Below are positions 61,466-64,000 of a stretch of 64,000 nt of DNA, one piece after another. Every line of letters begins with the position of its first letter. Position 1 is the stretch's first letter. The position numbers were made by a program, and so were the translations under genes. The notes under the pieces are model-generated. The model was not told the DNA's origin, did no database searches, and saw nothing but the letters and a program-made list of their open reading frames with translations. The stretch is from Blastocladiella emersonii ATCC 22665 (Eukaryota > Fungi > Blastocladiomycota). The DNA is taken from the NCBI GenBank assembly GCA_025594325.1, contig JANHCV010000005.1, positions 248,001 to 312,000 on the forward strand, in the 5' to 3' direction.

Positions 61466-62144
61466 ATGACGTGCGACGAAAACGCTCCCATCGCTCCAAC
61501 CGTACGCCCTCAACCTTGCGCCTTCGAAACAAATGTCACCAACAACACTGACGAGGGGGTTCCAGGGAGCGTCGCTGAGCGGTTGCGAGTCCGAGCGCAA
61601 GGGGAACGACACTCACTCGAGCACCCTGCGCTCAGGCCACGTTCTCACTGCTGCCGAGTGCACCGTGGCTGATGCTCCTGCGCTGCAATGCGACGAGCAT
61701 CACCTTGCTCACCACGTTGTTTCGGCTCGTGCTGTGCCGTTCGCGTGGTTGACTGGCCCGGATGATTCGTGCTCGACGGTGGGAATGTCTGATGGAACCT
61801 ACCGCCTTCTCATGCTGGCATCCAATGCTCTGCGCGTGCTCTTGAGCATTGGGAGTTTGAAGCGGTTTCTCGGGCCTATTGACGACCCCGATGTGGCGCA
61901 CAAGTGGGCATATTGCGTCAATGGCTTTGGCATTGTAGCTGAGACGGTGATGTGTATCCTCAACTTCGTCTTGGTGCCGCCGGCCTCGGTATTCTACATC
62001 GCTAATCTGGTCACGTTTGCGGTGCTACTTCTTTGCTGGAGGGTCGCCTTTGATCTGGTACTCTTTAGGAACGACGCGCTGAACAAGTCCGCGGCTTGCA
62101 TACTACCAGTGAGCGCAAAATGCATCAAAGGCGCTGCGAACTGA
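61466..62144 (+). CDS. Unrecognised two-TM protein family member 2 (exons 61466-61501, 61566-62144)
   Basis: 36-nt exon MTCDENAPIAPT, intron GTACGC..CACTGAC..TTCCAG in phase 0. Motifs SIGSLKRFLGP, two TMs, FDL..SAKCI. Confidence 0.7.
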
Positions 62145-62783
62145 GCGAATAAGCTGTTGTCGTTAACTATATAATCGGTTTACATCCTCTTGTTTATTTG
62201 CGCCCTGGTCATTGTTGATGCTGACGTGGAGGAGGCGGAAGACAAGAAGACGTGGATGTCTGTCTAGTCCTGCCTTCTGCTCCGAACCCAAGGCGGGGCG
62301 ACGGGAGAAATAACTAAAATACGCAAAACGGGTGCGGCGGCGCGGGAGCGAGGCATATGGGCGATACCCGCGAGATCAGTCGTTGGATCACCATCCGCTC
62401 GGCGAGCAAACACTATCGGCACCTCAGCATACGAAGCAGCACCAAGCGCTTGGGCTTGCTGTGTCATACGTTCGCTATGTCGTCTCCATTACATCGCCCA
62501 CGAGCTTGAACTTCATGGATTACTTCCTGTCGGGCTCGGCTTTGCCTGTCGCGTAAGGTCGGAACTGTCTCGCGTGTGGCGCAACGCGTCTCGCAGCAAC
62601 ATGTGTGGAATCCACGTGTTACTCGAGCCGTTCGCGCCGATCTCGGGACACTCGGATGGGCTCTGGGCTCATTTTCAACTCGGTATATGCGGCTCGAGCC
62701 CTCAAAAGCGCCGCCCTCCTGCTCCGCTTCTCCGCTCCTCCGCTGACCCTCTCTCGCATTTACTCGGCTGGCCCTCCACGATA

Positions 62784-63448
62784 ATGACGTTCGACGACAA
62801 AGCTCTCAACATCCCAGCCGTGCGTCCTCAATCTTCCCTATGGTGCAGAGCCGTCAATTCACGTTGAAGACGGCTTTCCAGGAAGCTGCGTTGAGCGGAA
62901 TCGAGGACAAGTGCGAGGAGGGAGGCGACCGCTTCAGCACCTTGCGCTCCGGCCATCTTCTCGCGGATGTCGAACGTTCCTCGCCCGAGGCGACTGTCCG
63001 TAAGCATGCGAAGATTCACTCTGCCCAAACCCTCTCAACTCGACCTGTGCCGTTCCAGTGGTTCACTGGCACTCCTGACCCCGAGTATCGCAACCTCTCA
63101 GACAAAGAGCATCGCGCTCGTATGTGCGAGTCGACGGTTCTCGGGTGGATTTTCAGCATTGGAAGCGTGCGGCTCATTGCGCCTCTCTTTGGCTCGACCA
63201 ATGATCCCATGAAACCCCTCAGCTGGTTGCTGCCCGTCTTGGCAGTCCTCGTCATTGATTGGCTTGTCATGATCGGGTTCATGCTCTTCATGCAAGATGA
63301 ATTCATGACCGCCCTACCGGTTCTACTTAGTATTTCGCTCGTTTGTCTCCAGATTGCGGCCGACCTCTATCTCATCTCGAAACAGATCGTCATTGCGAAT
63401 GCGAGTCGCGCCTTGCACTCGAGCTCCAAGCGCATCGAAGATGTCTGA
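62784..63448 (+). CDS. Unrecognised two-TM protein family member 3 (exons 62784-62819, 62882-63448)
   Basis: 36-nt exon MTFDDKALNIPA, intron GTGCGT..TTCCAG in phase 0. Motifs STLRSGH, SIGSVRLIAP, two TMs, ADL..SSKRIEDV. Confidence 0.7.
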
Positions 63449-64000
63449 CCCGCGAAGCCGTGGCCCATCACGGTTTGTTGATAATTATCATCATGTTTTT
63501 TGCTCCAATCCGAATCTCGTCGCATCGTCAGCTCCACGACCCAATTCCCGTGCTCGCTGCCATTCTGTTGAGCCTCAATTCCGCCGCACGCCATCCTCTC
63601 TTATCGCGTGGGACGCTTGGGTTACCCCGAAACTGCGTCAAGGTCCATCGTGAGGTTGATAAGAGCGGGGATGGTCGCAGTCGCGAACTGTCTCGCATGT
63701 GGCGCAGCGCGTCTCGCATCTTCCGCGTGGGCTCCACGTGACTGAGTTCAAGCGTCTCGCACTGATCGCGGAACGCGGGCCGTTTTTCTCTCGCCCTCTC
63801 ACCTTGTAGGATGGGGCCGATTGGAAGGTAGGGTTGCGCGATTCGGTTGAGTGTGCTCACATGAACGAGGAGCACGTCGCGCTCGATTCGCATGCGAGTT
63901 CAAGGTCATGTAGAGAAGAGTGTGCGTGATAAACTAAAGCGGGAACAAACAAAAACAAAAACCGTCGCCTTTCTGGACCAGGCGTGACGAGCGCGCTCGC

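Larger units (their letters stand above)
56895..63792 (+). repeat. Full-length block whose inverted deleted copy lies at 36830-36945 plus 41881-44600
   Basis: Three segments align in reverse complement to the left block. About 58985-63028 has no counterpart on the left. Confidence 0.8.

Overview
High-GC eukaryotic DNA with short GT-AG introns. ZMYND10, VTC4, a Zn2Cys6 factor, fungalysin M36 and a class-C-like GPCR point to a zoosporic fungus, probably Blastocladiomycota or a chytrid (inference). Host genes: alkaline ceramidase, FUN30/SMARCAD1, a USP protein, two TM-Cache-like-TM-HAMP sensors, VTC4, ZMYND10, a MARCH5-like ligase, a Zn2Cys6 factor, RPL27, an APH-type kinase, MAG2/RNF10, fungalysin and a solute-binding-protein/7TM/PH-like receptor. 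Three structures stand out. (1) A 13.4-kb near-perfect palindrome (arms 1693-8367 and 8463-15137, 95-bp spacer). It ends exactly at the stop codons of a duplicated HExxH gene and carries two structurally perfect tRNA-Ser genes with the rare ACT anticodon. (2) A 4.9-kb Rep-less Helitron-derived PIF1 element (36946-41880) with asymmetric hairpin inverted repeats and a 12-bp flanking duplication that can be checked against an empty-site paralog at about 63680. (3) An array of unrecognised small two-TM genes sharing a 12-codon first exon (60.4-63.4 kb), within a block that has an inverted, internally deleted copy at 36.8-44.6 kb. All homologies were judged by eye; no database searches were run, and exon boundaries are manual predictions.
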